DNA of 57,914 nt from Rickettsiales bacterium (GTDB lineage Bacteria > Pseudomonadota > Alphaproteobacteria > Rs-D84), in assembly GCA_031279085.1 (NCBI GenBank), contig JAITJD010000011.1, positions 1 through 57,914 of the forward strand, given 5' to 3'. This document shows, in pieces, positions 38,967 through 48,336 of this stretch. The notes below the pieces were generated by a model. It was not told the origin of the DNA and did not search any database. It saw only the letters and a program-made list of their open reading frames with translations. The position numbers and the translations under genes were made by a program. Each line of letters begins with the position of its first letter. The stretch's first letter is position 1.

Positions 38967-39539
38967 TTACTCCTTGAATGAGGCGACTTTTATTTTGTCG
39001 CCCTCATCTAGTTTTGAAAGAACAACCAGGTCGCCGTCAGCCAGCCCTTTGGACACAAGCGCGAATTCGGAATCCTGGGCTTTGACCTCAACGGCTCGTT
39101 TGCGCGCGACTCCGCCGTCCGATACCATCAGATGGCCGTCGGTTATCGCATAAACGGGCACAAAGAAGCCCGACATGGCATATTCCGCATAACCCAAGCC
39201 ATCGGCGGCGCCTTTGGTTTTTATCAGGTGCATTCCTGAATCCAAGTCTATTTCCGGCGAAACATAAGTTATTTTCCCTTCGCCGATTTTCTGTCCCGCG
39301 CTAAATTTGTGAACGCGCGCGCCGGATACAAACGCGCGGTTTGCCTTTATAAACAAAGGCTCTTTCAACACATCTGTTTTTCTGCGCACGTTCATCAGCA
39401 TCGACGGCTTGCCCTGTTGAGCCGAAACGCGGGTTGCGTTAAAGATTTGGCGGCTGTTTTCAGAGCCTATGGACGCGAACCTGAACGCAATCCAGCCGAC
39501 AACTGCAACAGCTATCAATATATAAGCTATTTTTTTCAT
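38967..39539 (-). CDS. Truncated-architecture RND periplasmic adaptor (MFP)
   Basis: The ATG at 39539 ('MKKIAYILIAVAVV') has a GAGGAA RBS. The ORF track start at 39557 is TTG. At about 190 aa it has only beta-barrel/lipoyl-like segments ('GKITYVSPEIDLDSG', 'VPVYAITDGHLMV', 'GLADGDLVV'), which is too short for an alpha-hairpin. It sits between tolC and the RND pump gene. Confidence 0.65.
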   Translation of the reverse strand: MKKIAYILIAVAVVGWIAFRFASIGSENSRQIFNATRVSAQQGKPSMLMNVRRKTDVLKEPLFIKANRAFVSGARVHKFSAGQKIGEGKITYVSPEIDLDSGMHLIKTKGAADGLGYAEYAMSGFFVPVYAITDGHLMVSDGGVARKRAVEVKAQDSEFALVSKGLADGDLVVLSKLDEGDKIKVASFKE

Positions 39540-39546
39540 TTGTTCC

Positions 39547-40872
39547 TCACTCGCCAACCATTAATTTTCTTACTGATTCCGCCGACATCAAAATGTTGTA
39601 TTTAGTGTTCAGCAAAGCCATGTCCAGCTGCGACAAGGCCGCCGATACCTCGGCCAGCTCTATTGCCGAAGTCTGCCCGGCCGCAAACCGGTCGCGCGAT
39701 ATGTCATAAGCTTTCCGCGCCAGATTTTTGGCATTTTCCAAGTTCGCCAAATTGCCTCGCAAATGCTGGTGTTTTTTGACGGCGGTTTCGTATTCTTCCG
39801 TCTTCATCTTTTTGGATTTGTCCAAGTCCTGGCGCACGGCGATAGCATTAATTGCTTCCATCGTGGCGTTGGCGCTGTTCAGGCCGCCGTTAAAAATCGG
39901 AACTTGCAAAGCCAATCCCCAATACGCGGATTGAGAGCCTTTCTTGTCAAACATGCCGTCAATGCTGTCGCCCATCGCTATGTAATTATAAGACGCCGTT
40001 GCGGCCAGAGTCGGATAATTTCCGGCGCGCTTGGAAGATGCATTGGACTCGTGCATTCTGACCTGAGCATCCAAAATATCCCATTCCGGATTGGATGTCA
40101 GCTTGCCGGCGTCAATCGGCGAGAAAGTCTTTGGAATTTCATCGGTCAGATTCAATTCCTCTTCCGCATCTATTCCGGCCAATATTTTCAGCATTCTGTG
40201 CGCGGTATCTCTATTGAATTTCGCGTCGGACAAATTGATTTCCTTGGCCGCTATGTCCGATTCTATCTTTACCAAATTAGCGCGGCTGGCGCGTCCGGCG
40301 GACGCCAGCTGCTTTCTGGCGGACACCGCGTCAGATAAAGACTTTTCATAAATTTCAACAATCCCGTCCGTCATTTTGGCCGTCCAGTATATATTTGCGG
40401 CGGCATAGCGGACTTCGCGGCGCGTCAGATCCAATCCGGATTCCGAAGCCTTTACCGCAGATTTCACGGCGTCCACCGCGTTTCCTATTTTGCCAAAGGT
40501 GTAAATCGGCTGTGAAAGACTAAGGCCCGCCATAAATATATTGTCCGGAAATTCAATGCGCCCGATTTGCTGTCCCAATGCGCTGCTTATGATTCCGCCC
40601 AATGACGGCGGCAAATCAACGCCCATGGGTTTTGACGGGTTTTCGATATTCACAAGATTCATATAGCTGGCGGTTCCCTCTAATTTAAACCACCTGTTTG
40701 CATTCACGGCATCCAGCTGAGCATCGGCTTTTTTCAAATTGGCATCAGCTTTTTTTATGTCCCAAGATTCCGACATTATCTTATCCACGGCCATTTCCAG
40801 CGACAAGTCCAACGCAAAAGAATTCTGTATAAAGAAACCAAGGCACAATATGCCTGTTAAAACTGCGCGCAT
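39547..40872 (-). CDS. tolC: TolC-family outer membrane efflux protein
   Basis: 441 aa with a signal peptide and the two-repeat OEP architecture ('LSLEMAVDKIMSES', 'ANRWFKLEGTASY', 'YPTLAATASYNY'). Confidence 0.88.
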   Translation of the reverse strand: MRAVLTGILCLGFFIQNSFALDLSLEMAVDKIMSESWDIKKADANLKKADAQLDAVNANRWFKLEGTASYMNLVNIENPSKPMGVDLPPSLGGIISSALGQQIGRIEFPDNIFMAGLSLSQPIYTFGKIGNAVDAVKSAVKASESGLDLTRREVRYAAANIYWTAKMTDGIVEIYEKSLSDAVSARKQLASAGRASRANLVKIESDIAAKEINLSDAKFNRDTAHRMLKILAGIDAEEELNLTDEIPKTFSPIDAGKLTSNPEWDILDAQVRMHESNASSKRAGNYPTLAATASYNYIAMGDSIDGMFDKKGSQSAYWGLALQVPIFNGGLNSANATMEAINAIAVRQDLDKSKKMKTEEYETAVKKHQHLRGNLANLENAKNLARKAYDISRDRFAAGQTSAIELAEVSAALSQLDMALLNTKYNILMSAESVRKLMVGE

Positions 40873-40874
40873 TG

Positions 40875-41339
40875 TTAATTCTCCATATTCTTTAAAATTT
40901 TATTTATATTTCTCAGCGACTGCGTAAGCTTTGCCTCGTCTTCTCGACTGACATCGCCGAATAAAGCCTCTATATATTCGCGAAAGCTTTCCATTGCCTT
41001 GCCGGCAAATTCCGCGCCTTTGGGCGTTATCGAATACCAAGTATTGCGGCGGTCTTCTTTATCTGTGTCGCGGGAAACCAATCCGTCTTTTTCCAGCTTG
41101 CGAAACATTGCGCATAAACTGGCCGCCGACACAGCTTCGCGACAAGCGATATCTTTTAATTTGGCCCGGCCGCAGATATGCAGGCGAACCAGAACCGCCA
41201 ATTGCTGGCGCGGATATGCATGAGCGCTGGCAAGATTAAATTTTATTTTGTCCGCCAGCCTGCTCAGGATTAAAATATTTTCTTCCATCAGGCGAACGAA
41301 TTCCTTGCGGGGCATTATTAATTCCTTTTTAAATTCCAA
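40875..41339 (-). CDS. MarR-family transcriptional regulator
   Basis: 154 aa with the winged-HTH 'LVRLHICGRAKLKDIACREAVSAASLCAMFRKLEKDGLVSRDTDKEDRRN'. It is the first gene of the efflux operon. The start may be the ATG 24 nt downstream. Confidence 0.88.
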   Translation of the reverse strand: MEFKKELIMPRKEFVRLMEENILILSRLADKIKFNLASAHAYPRQQLAVLVRLHICGRAKLKDIACREAVSAASLCAMFRKLEKDGLVSRDTDKEDRRNTWYSITPKGAEFAGKAMESFREYIEALFGDVSREDEAKLTQSLRNINKILKNMEN

Positions 41340-41425
41340 ATATAATAATCATTAAAAAATTTAACGAATTCTAAGCCCTAAAAAATACCAATGCAAGGAA
41401 AAAATTCATGATTTTGCCAGAATGA

Positions 41426-42109
41426 TTAATTTTGAATACATGCCATAAAGGCATCATGCGCAATCAGCTCGTCCGCATGCGGGGCAAATTCGCGGCGCGG
41501 AAAGCTTTGCCCGATTTTCGGATGATTCTGCATTGCCAAGTGCTGTTCTTCAATTATATCCTTGATATCGCGCGCGGGGGCGATGTTTTCTAATTCCAAA
41601 TACACTTTCGCCAGAATATTCGCGTCAATCAAGGCGCCGTGCGCGTCGCTGCGCGTCGCCAATGAAACGCCGAACCAATTCGCCAAGGCGTCCAAGGTGT
41701 ATGATTTCGGCCCGAATACCCTGTTGCGCGCGATTACTATGGAATCCAGCTGACGTTCGCGCGGAATCTGCGGCAGCCCCAGCTGCAATAATTCATAGTT
41801 CATAAAGGGAAAGTCAAAATCTATGCCGTTATGCGCGACAATCTGCGCATCGCCTATAAAATCCAGAAATTTCCCGGCAACTGCGGCAATTTTCGGCTTA
41901 TCCTCCAAAAACTCGTTCGACAGTTTGTGAACCATGTAAGAATCGGGCGGTATTATTTTGCCATCAGGGTTGATGTATTCATGAAAAGAATTTTCCGTTA
42001 TTTTGCCGTCTATCAGCTCTACCGCGCCGATTTCTATAACTCTGTCGCCGCGCGCATAATCAAAACCGGTGGTTTCAATGTCAAAGCAAATTATTCGTTT
42101 CATTTCCAA
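41426..42109 (-). CDS. dnaQ: DNA polymerase III epsilon subunit (3'-5' exonuclease)
   Basis: 227 aa with ExoI 'ICFDIETTG', ExoII 'AHNGIDFDFPF' and ExoIII 'HGALIDANILAKVY'. It uses a TTG start. Confidence 0.93.
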   Translation of the reverse strand: MEMKRIICFDIETTGFDYARGDRVIEIGAVELIDGKITENSFHEYINPDGKIIPPDSYMVHKLSNEFLEDKPKIAAVAGKFLDFIGDAQIVAHNGIDFDFPFMNYELLQLGLPQIPRERQLDSIVIARNRVFGPKSYTLDALANWFGVSLATRSDAHGALIDANILAKVYLELENIAPARDIKDIIEEQHLAMQNHPKIGQSFPRREFAPHADELIAHDAFMACIQN

Positions 42110-42117
42110 ACCTTTTT

Positions 42118-44199
42118 ATGTATTATAACGGCATGTCTAATCCAACGCTAGGAAATCTTAATTTAAAGCAATGCGAAGCTGTCGATGCGATAATAAGCGG
42201 CGGGCCGGTTCTTATTCTTGCCGGCGCCGGAACCGGAAAAACGACAACTTTGATCGCATGCGCCGCATCAGTGCTGGAATCAAAAGGAATCGAAGACTGG
42301 CAGATAGTGGTTTTGACATTCACCAACAAAGCGGCAAAGGAAATAAAAGACCGGATTTTTCGCACAAACGCCAGGAATTTATCATGGGCCGGCACTTTTC
42401 ATTCCGTGTGCCTGCGAATTCTGCGAAGACATTATGCGGATGCCGGATTATGCAGGGATTTTCTAATATTTGGAGAAAATGAGCAGAAAAACATTCTTAA
42501 AACTGTAATTCTTGCACTGGGAATGGACATCAAAGAACAAAAACCGTCGGATTGGGTTGAAAAAATTTCCAGATACAAAGATATGGCGACCGCAGATGAA
42601 ATGCCGCCCGTGTTCAACAAAATTTACGCCGCGTACAATAGCGAGCTGGAACGACTGGGCGGAATCGACTTTGCCGACATTATCAACCGGACTGTCTATT
42701 TGTTTTCGGCGCGGCCGGACATACTCGAAAAATACCAGCGGCAGTTCAAATATGTTTTAGTTGACGAGTATCAGGACACAAATGCAGTTCAGAACCGCTT
42801 GTTAAAAATGCTCGCGGCCGGGCATGGAAACATATGCTGCGTCGGCGACGACGATCAGTCCATCTACTCTTGGCGCGGCGCGGAAATCAAAAACATACTG
42901 AACTTTCCCAACGAATATCCGAATGCGAAAGTCATTCGCCTTGAAGAAAATTATCGCTCGACAGGAAATATATTAGGCGCGGCGAATTCCTTGATAAAAA
43001 ACAATGCCCAGCGCCTGGGCAAGGATTTGCATTCGAATCTTGGCGACGGGGATAAAGTAAAATTGCTGGAACTTTGCGAATACGGCGATGTCGCGCGATT
43101 AGAAGCAAAGAAAATCGCCGACGAAATAGAATCAAGCGGAAAGCCGCTTTCCGATTTTGCAATTCTAATCCGCAGCGGCTCCCTATCGCGCCCATTAGAG
43201 GAAGAATTGGCTAAACGGCAGATTTCGCACCGCTTGATCGGCGCGATGAAATTTTATGACAGAGCTGAAATCCGCGATGTCATCGCTTACGCGCGCCTTT
43301 TGTGTTTTCCTTTCGACGACTTGTCTTTCAAGCGAATCATCGGCAGCCCAAAACGCGGAATCGGCGACGCCACGATAAATTTGCTGGAAGAATATGCAAG
43401 AAAAAACAAGCTATCTTTGCTTGACGCGCTGAAAAACTTCTCTTTAAAGCCCAAACAGTCGGAAGCCGCGAAAGAATTCTTGGATTTATTCAATTTTGAT
43501 TGGCGGAATATGCCCACAAAAGATGCCGTTCTGCAACTGCTGGATAAATCCGGTTATCTTAAAATGTGGAAAGAATCGAAAGACTTGGACAAGGACGACA
43601 GACTGCGAAACATTTATGACTTGGCGGATAATGTCATCGCTAATTTTGACAGCCTGCCCGAATTTTTGGAACAGGCCGCTTTGATGACATCAGACGATGA
43701 GCGCGATGTCAGCGAAAACTCTGTTTCCATCATGACGATTCATGCGGCCAAGGGGTTGGAATTCGACACGGTGTTTCTGCCCGCATGGCAGGACGGAATT
43801 TTTCCGCACAGGCAATCCATAGATGAAGGCAATATAGAAGAGGAAAGGCGCCTTGCGTATGTGGCTATAACCCGCGCAAAACGGCATTGCTTTATTTTCT
43901 ATGGCGCGCGCGCGCAATTCGGAGAGCTTTATTATAAGCCCAGCAGATTCATAGATGAAATCGACCGGCGGTTTGTTTCAAAATGCGGCGCCATGGCGTC
44001 TGTCGTCCGCGGATTTGAAAAGAAAAAGGAATCCGCCCGCCTGCGTAATTCGCATTCCATTGTCGGCAAATTGGCTTCGCATTCGGAAATGGGCAAAGGC
44101 GTTGTCATAGAAGACGGCGGCGACATATTGACCATCGCTTTTCGGGACAGGGGCATAAAGAAAGTCGACCGCCGATTCGTTGCAATGGAATCAGATTAG
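42118..44199 (+). CDS. uvrD: UvrD/Rep-family ATP-dependent DNA helicase
   Basis: 693 aa with Walker A 'AGAGTGKTT', 'VDEYQDTN', 'VGDDDQSIYSWRGA' and 'AKGLEFDTVF'. An alternative ATG is at 42133. Confidence 0.93.
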   Translation: MYYNGMSNPTLGNLNLKQCEAVDAIISGGPVLILAGAGTGKTTTLIACAASVLESKGIEDWQIVVLTFTNKAAKEIKDRIFRTNARNLSWAGTFHSVCLRILRRHYADAGLCRDFLIFGENEQKNILKTVILALGMDIKEQKPSDWVEKISRYKDMATADEMPPVFNKIYAAYNSELERLGGIDFADIINRTVYLFSARPDILEKYQRQFKYVLVDEYQDTNAVQNRLLKMLAAGHGNICCVGDDDQSIYSWRGAEIKNILNFPNEYPNAKVIRLEENYRSTGNILGAANSLIKNNAQRLGKDLHSNLGDGDKVKLLELCEYGDVARLEAKKIADEIESSGKPLSDFAILIRSGSLSRPLEEELAKRQISHRLIGAMKFYDRAEIRDVIAYARLLCFPFDDLSFKRIIGSPKRGIGDATINLLEEYARKNKLSLLDALKNFSLKPKQSEAAKEFLDLFNFDWRNMPTKDAVLQLLDKSGYLKMWKESKDLDKDDRLRNIYDLADNVIANFDSLPEFLEQAALMTSDDERDVSENSVSIMTIHAAKGLEFDTVFLPAWQDGIFPHRQSIDEGNIEEERRLAYVAITRAKRHCFIFYGARAQFGELYYKPSRFIDEIDRRFVSKCGAMASVVRGFEKKKESARLRNSHSIVGKLASHSEMGKGVVIEDGGDILTIAFRDRGIKKVDRRFVAMESD

Positions 44200-44204
44200 G
44201 TTGT

Positions 44205-44230
44205 CCGCCGTTCCGGCGGCTTATTTTTTT
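44205..44230 (+). terminator. Rho-independent terminator of uvrD (shared convergent gap)
   Basis: ccgccg (44205-44210), loop ttc, cggcgg (44214-44219), followed by CTTATTTTTTT. The T-tract overlaps the 3' end of the minus-strand gene 44221-45588. Confidence 0.6.
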
Positions 44231-45588
44231 CTGATGATTTTCCACCAATTTTTTGCGGTGCCGGTCGTTTTGCCCCAGATTTTCTTAATGTCGCCGCCAA
44301 CCTGTTTACCAAAGCTTTCATCTATGCTGCCGCCGAGCTTTTTTGCAATCTCGCCGGCCTTGGTTGCAAGATAGGCGACCAGGCAGCCCACAATCAGGGT
44401 TATCATAAAGCCGTCGTTTTTCAATGTCGGCACTTGCGCCGCCAAGTTTGAATCCACAACGCCCGACAGTATCGCCGCGCACAGCGCGATGACTATTGAC
44501 AGCGACACGAAATAAATCGCCGACTGAATAAATTTCTGAATTTGCGCCGAAAGAGACTGCGTCTTGAATAATTCAAAAAACTGATTGAATATTTTTCCCG
44601 CGTATCCGTCATAGCTTGTCTTGCCACCGCCGCCGCCGAATGCATCAATCGGCGCGCCGAACATTCCGTCCGACTGATTATCCTGGCCGCCAAAAACTTG
44701 CGCGATCGCGGTAAAGGGCAGCATAATGATAACCAAAAACAAGTCCGCAATCACACCCAGCGCCGTCAATGCGAACTTCCACATATTGTAAATGAATATC
44801 ACCACAAAGACCGCGCCGGCCACGAATGTCAGCGCGCTGGTGCCGATGCCGGCCAGCATCCATTTCCAACCGGCGGCGACCGCAGTGGAAAAGAATCCCG
44901 ACAGGCGCGTCGTAAGGCACAACAAATCTGCGGTTTGCGCGGAATTTACAAACGCGTCATTGGTATGCGCGACCGCGGTGTATTTGTGTATGGCCGCGCA
45001 GGTGTCCGGCAGAATCGCGCCGCTGGCGGCGGACACAGAATTCAATATCAAATCGGACAGTTCTGTTCCGATTGACAGAATCGGCCCCATAATCCACATA
45101 AATAATTGCGCGGGCCCCTGCTCTATTACAAGAATCCATACTGTTGCAAGCACCAGCTTTTTGACGATAGCCTCCAATTGTTCTCTGACTTTTTTCTTGC
45201 CGCGAATCATTTGGTATGATTCCATCATTATCCAGAACGCCAGCATGACGATTATGAATACGCTGATAAATCTGACCAGCGATTTTTCCAAGACTTGACC
45301 GACATAGGACAACGCGCCGATAAACGCGCGGCCGACGCGCGCCTCTATCGGAACATAGTCTTTCACCAAAACATTTTGCTGAAATTCTGATTGAAATGAT
45401 TTTATGTCTTCGGTCAGCCCGTTCACAAACAAAGTCTGATTCTGTTCGGTCATCCATGTTCCAAAGTTGCCGATGTCGGCGTTTGTCGCGGCGAACGAGC
45501 CGCAGCAAAAACCGGCAAAAAGCGCGCAGCAGGCGGCTGTCATAGCCGCTTTTCTTATTTTTAATAAAAATTTATTAATTGCATTCAT
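44221..45588 (-). CDS. Polytopic membrane protein, paralog P1 (VirB6/TrbL-like architecture)
   Basis: 455 aa with the signal peptide 'CCGSFAATNA' and a periplasmic loop carrying a Cys pair. The TM block contains 'WKFALTALGVIADLFLVIIMLPFTAIAQVF'. The basic tail is 'KKIWGKTTGTAKNWWKIIRKK'. It is the last gene of a 4-gene operon. Confidence 0.6.
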   Translation of the reverse strand: MNAINKFLLKIRKAAMTAACCALFAGFCCGSFAATNADIGNFGTWMTEQNQTLFVNGLTEDIKSFQSEFQQNVLVKDYVPIEARVGRAFIGALSYVGQVLEKSLVRFISVFIIVMLAFWIMMESYQMIRGKKKVREQLEAIVKKLVLATVWILVIEQGPAQLFMWIMGPILSIGTELSDLILNSVSAASGAILPDTCAAIHKYTAVAHTNDAFVNSAQTADLLCLTTRLSGFFSTAVAAGWKWMLAGIGTSALTFVAGAVFVVIFIYNMWKFALTALGVIADLFLVIIMLPFTAIAQVFGGQDNQSDGMFGAPIDAFGGGGGKTSYDGYAGKIFNQFFELFKTQSLSAQIQKFIQSAIYFVSLSIVIALCAAILSGVVDSNLAAQVPTLKNDGFMITLIVGCLVAYLATKAGEIAKKLGGSIDESFGKQVGGDIKKIWGKTTGTAKNWWKIIRKK

Positions 45589-45597
45589 GCTCGCCCG

Positions 45598-47037
45598 CTA
45601 CTTTTCTCCCATTCCTTTCGTAGCCATTTCGCCAATTTTCTTTGGTATGTTCCATACTGTCTGTCCAAGTCCTTTGAGCCATCCGCCAAAGTCAAAGGAT
45701 TCTTCTTCGTCTTTGCCCAGCATTTCGTCAATCTTTGGCGACACCGCATAGTAATACACCAGGAATATGCCCAGCATCAGCATCAAGAATTCCCATCCGT
45801 TCTTCATAAAGTCAAATGCGCCGGGATATTTGCGCTCCACTTCCGCGCGGCTGGCGGTAAAGCAGTTTTGGAATATTGTCTTATCCATCTCGCCGGCGGC
45901 GGATGCGACTTTTTCGCATTTGGAAAATACCGCCATTACGGACAAGGTTTTCGCATCCTGAGTATTGGCGGTTTCGTACATCAATGGAGGCAGGATTGAA
46001 TTGTATCCGTCCTGCGGCCCGGGGAAATATTCGTCGGCGGCAAATGACACGGTCGCGTAGATTATCAGTATTTTCAATGTTATCGCGACAATGCGGACTG
46101 CGGACTTTACCAGCATGTTGATAGAATTCGTCACAATGCCCGACACCAGCGGCCAGACTGTTTCAAAAGCCCCCGCAGCAATAATCAGCGGCAGAAATAT
46201 TATCAGGAACACAAGCTTGAAAATAACAGACAATACTTGGAAAAACAGATTGAACCCGATAATCAGAAACATTATGACCAGCGCAAGGCCTGAAATCCAA
46301 GTAAAGGTGCCGCCGCCCATGTCCATCCATGAATAATTCATCAATGCAAAGCCGCCGGCCGCGCCGGCCAGCATGACCGCGTTCAGATTTCCCATAACGC
46401 ACATGAATGGCTTTAACACCGGATTCAAAATATCATTGTTTTTTTCGGAAGTCCCGCATTGGGCGGAATTGGCGATTCCCGTCGCGGCCATGGATAATTC
46501 GGCCCCGACAAACATGACAGGCGCGATTGTGATATTAGTCACCGCCCGCAGAGCGCTGGTGCCGCCGAACCCAAGCGCGCCCAGCAGCGCGCCGGCCAGC
46601 ATTATGCGCGCGGCCTGCTTCCATACTTTGTCAAACCAGGACCCGAATTCCAGCTTCCTTTCGCCCGCGTCCAGATTTGCATTTTTCTTGGACACTTCGT
46701 AAAAATGCTGCGCGGCGCTTATGAACAAAAAAACTCCGAATCCGATTGCCATCAAAAGCCAGATATTTTTAACCATTGCGACCCAAAAGCTTTCCGCAGC
46801 GGTTCCGATGACGGCAAACAGCTTTTCAATATAGACGCACAGAAAGCATCCGTTCGCAGTGGCTATATCGCCGCCTTGGACGCCGATGGCGGATAAAAAC
46901 TTGTCCAGGCTTGTATATGTTATGCTGTCGCCGCTAATTGACGAAGACAAATACCAAATGCCGATACCCAGGGCTATTCCGCCCATAATCCATTTTATGG
47001 CAATCATAATCAGTTTGGCTTTTAACATAGGCATCAA
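45598..47037 (-). CDS. Polytopic membrane protein, paralog P2 (VirB6/TrbL-like architecture)
   Basis: 479 aa with an N-terminal TM helix and the CxxC 'NGCFLCVYIEKLF'. The Cys-pair loop is 'SAQCGT...PFMCVMG'. The TM core contains 'LVFLIIFLPLIIAAGAF'. The tail is 'GWLKGLGQTVWNIPKKIGE'. Confidence 0.6.
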   Translation of the reverse strand: MMPMLKAKLIMIAIKWIMGGIALGIGIWYLSSSISGDSITYTSLDKFLSAIGVQGGDIATANGCFLCVYIEKLFAVIGTAAESFWVAMVKNIWLLMAIGFGVFLFISAAQHFYEVSKKNANLDAGERKLEFGSWFDKVWKQAARIMLAGALLGALGFGGTSALRAVTNITIAPVMFVGAELSMAATGIANSAQCGTSEKNNDILNPVLKPFMCVMGNLNAVMLAGAAGGFALMNYSWMDMGGGTFTWISGLALVIMFLIIGFNLFFQVLSVIFKLVFLIIFLPLIIAAGAFETVWPLVSGIVTNSINMLVKSAVRIVAITLKILIIYATVSFAADEYFPGPQDGYNSILPPLMYETANTQDAKTLSVMAVFSKCEKVASAAGEMDKTIFQNCFTASRAEVERKYPGAFDFMKNGWEFLMLMLGIFLVYYYAVSPKIDEMLGKDEEESFDFGGWLKGLGQTVWNIPKKIGEMATKGMGEK

Positions 47038-47094
47038 GCTAGCTGGTATTCAGCGGCAAACATCAAGCATCAAATGCCTGCCGCTTTATGTTCG

Positions 47095-48336
47095 CTAAGT
47101 TTTTTTCTCCTCCCCTTTTTTATCACCTTCTTTTTTCTCCCCTTCTTTTTTTTCTTCTTCTTTTTTCTCTCCGCCGGATATTATTGTTTTTCCGGCGTTT
47201 TTGACGGTTGTTAGCACAATCCCAGTCAGTTTCAGCGCATTTTCGCCCATCTCTTCGCTCAATTTGTTATTTTCCTGAACATCAAAGGCTGACATTACCA
47301 TTTTTGTAACCTCGCCGATTTGGGAAGCCAGAAACTCCGCTACATATATCAAGACAAAGCAGCTGCCGATTGTCAAGGCTTCAAGCTTATCGTCGCTTAA
47401 CGCCACATCGAAAATCTCACCGCTGGTTATCTTGTTCATAAGTTCAGCCGTATCAGCGTCAGGGTCTGAGAAGAACTTTGCAATGATACCAATTATGACG
47501 GTATATGTCAAAACCGCCGATGCCAGCGATACGATCGCGTTGACGACACTCTTGAACTGACCCGCGCCCAAGTCGCCGCCCAGCTTTTTCACCCAGTCGG
47601 GCGCTTCGGAATTCTTGAATGCGAACATTGCCAATGACAATGGGAAAAAGAACGCGAAGAAAGTCATCGCCACTATCACGTCCACAAAATAAAAGCAGAA
47701 CTTGATGAATATCTTGAAAAATCCGTAAAGCAGGTAAAGCCCGACAAAGAACATCAATATGTGCTTTATCAGCGCGCCGATTCCCAGCAGCGCGCTTAAT
47801 GAGAAAGCTTCGTCCATAATCGCGATCCCCAGCTCCATGTATGATTGGAACTGCGTGATGGTAGTCTTCATCAGCAGTATGATTTTATCCCGCAGCGCTG
47901 GTCTGTAAAATCCGTCGTCGCTCATTGCCTCCGGCTGATACGGGATTTTTTCCTCGACCGTATCGCTGTCTATTTTTATCATGCTTTGCGTATAGGTCAA
48001 TGTTATGTCCGCGACGGGCTCGAATGTAATGGTCGTTATAAATCTGGGCAACGCCACCCCCATCCCCAGCAGCGCGAACACAAATAAGGAATTTATCAGC
48101 ACCGGCTTTATATATTTCTGATACATCGGGTCTTTGGCGCCGGTGCTGATATTTTTCCAAACCGCATACAGAATATAGAACGCCAGAATCAGGCAGAATA
48201 TCAGAATGCAGAACAGCGAAAATTGGCGGTACAAAGCCGCCGCCGCCGCGGATATCACTTGGAACAGTCGGTCAAATACCGGACAGCCCCAGCACTTCAT
48301 CGAAGAATCAATCAAAGAATTCATCCATCCGTTCAT
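47095..48336 (-). CDS. Polytopic membrane protein, paralog P3 (VirB6/TrbL-like architecture), K/E-rich tail
   Basis: 413 aa with the CxxC 'KCWGCPVFDRLF' at aa 15-18 and the TM core 'MTFFAFFFPLSLAMFAF'. The C-terminus 'EKKEEEKKEGEKKEGDKKGEEKKT' is encoded by an A-rich tract that includes an A8 run. Its start overlaps the P4 stop (ATGA). Confidence 0.6.
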   Translation of the reverse strand: MNGWMNSLIDSSMKCWGCPVFDRLFQVISAAAAALYRQFSLFCILIFCLILAFYILYAVWKNISTGAKDPMYQKYIKPVLINSLFVFALLGMGVALPRFITTITFEPVADITLTYTQSMIKIDSDTVEEKIPYQPEAMSDDGFYRPALRDKIILLMKTTITQFQSYMELGIAIMDEAFSLSALLGIGALIKHILMFFVGLYLLYGFFKIFIKFCFYFVDVIVAMTFFAFFFPLSLAMFAFKNSEAPDWVKKLGGDLGAGQFKSVVNAIVSLASAVLTYTVIIGIIAKFFSDPDADTAELMNKITSGEIFDVALSDDKLEALTIGSCFVLIYVAEFLASQIGEVTKMVMSAFDVQENNKLSEEMGENALKLTGIVLTTVKNAGKTIISGGEKKEEEKKEGEKKEGDKKGEEKKT

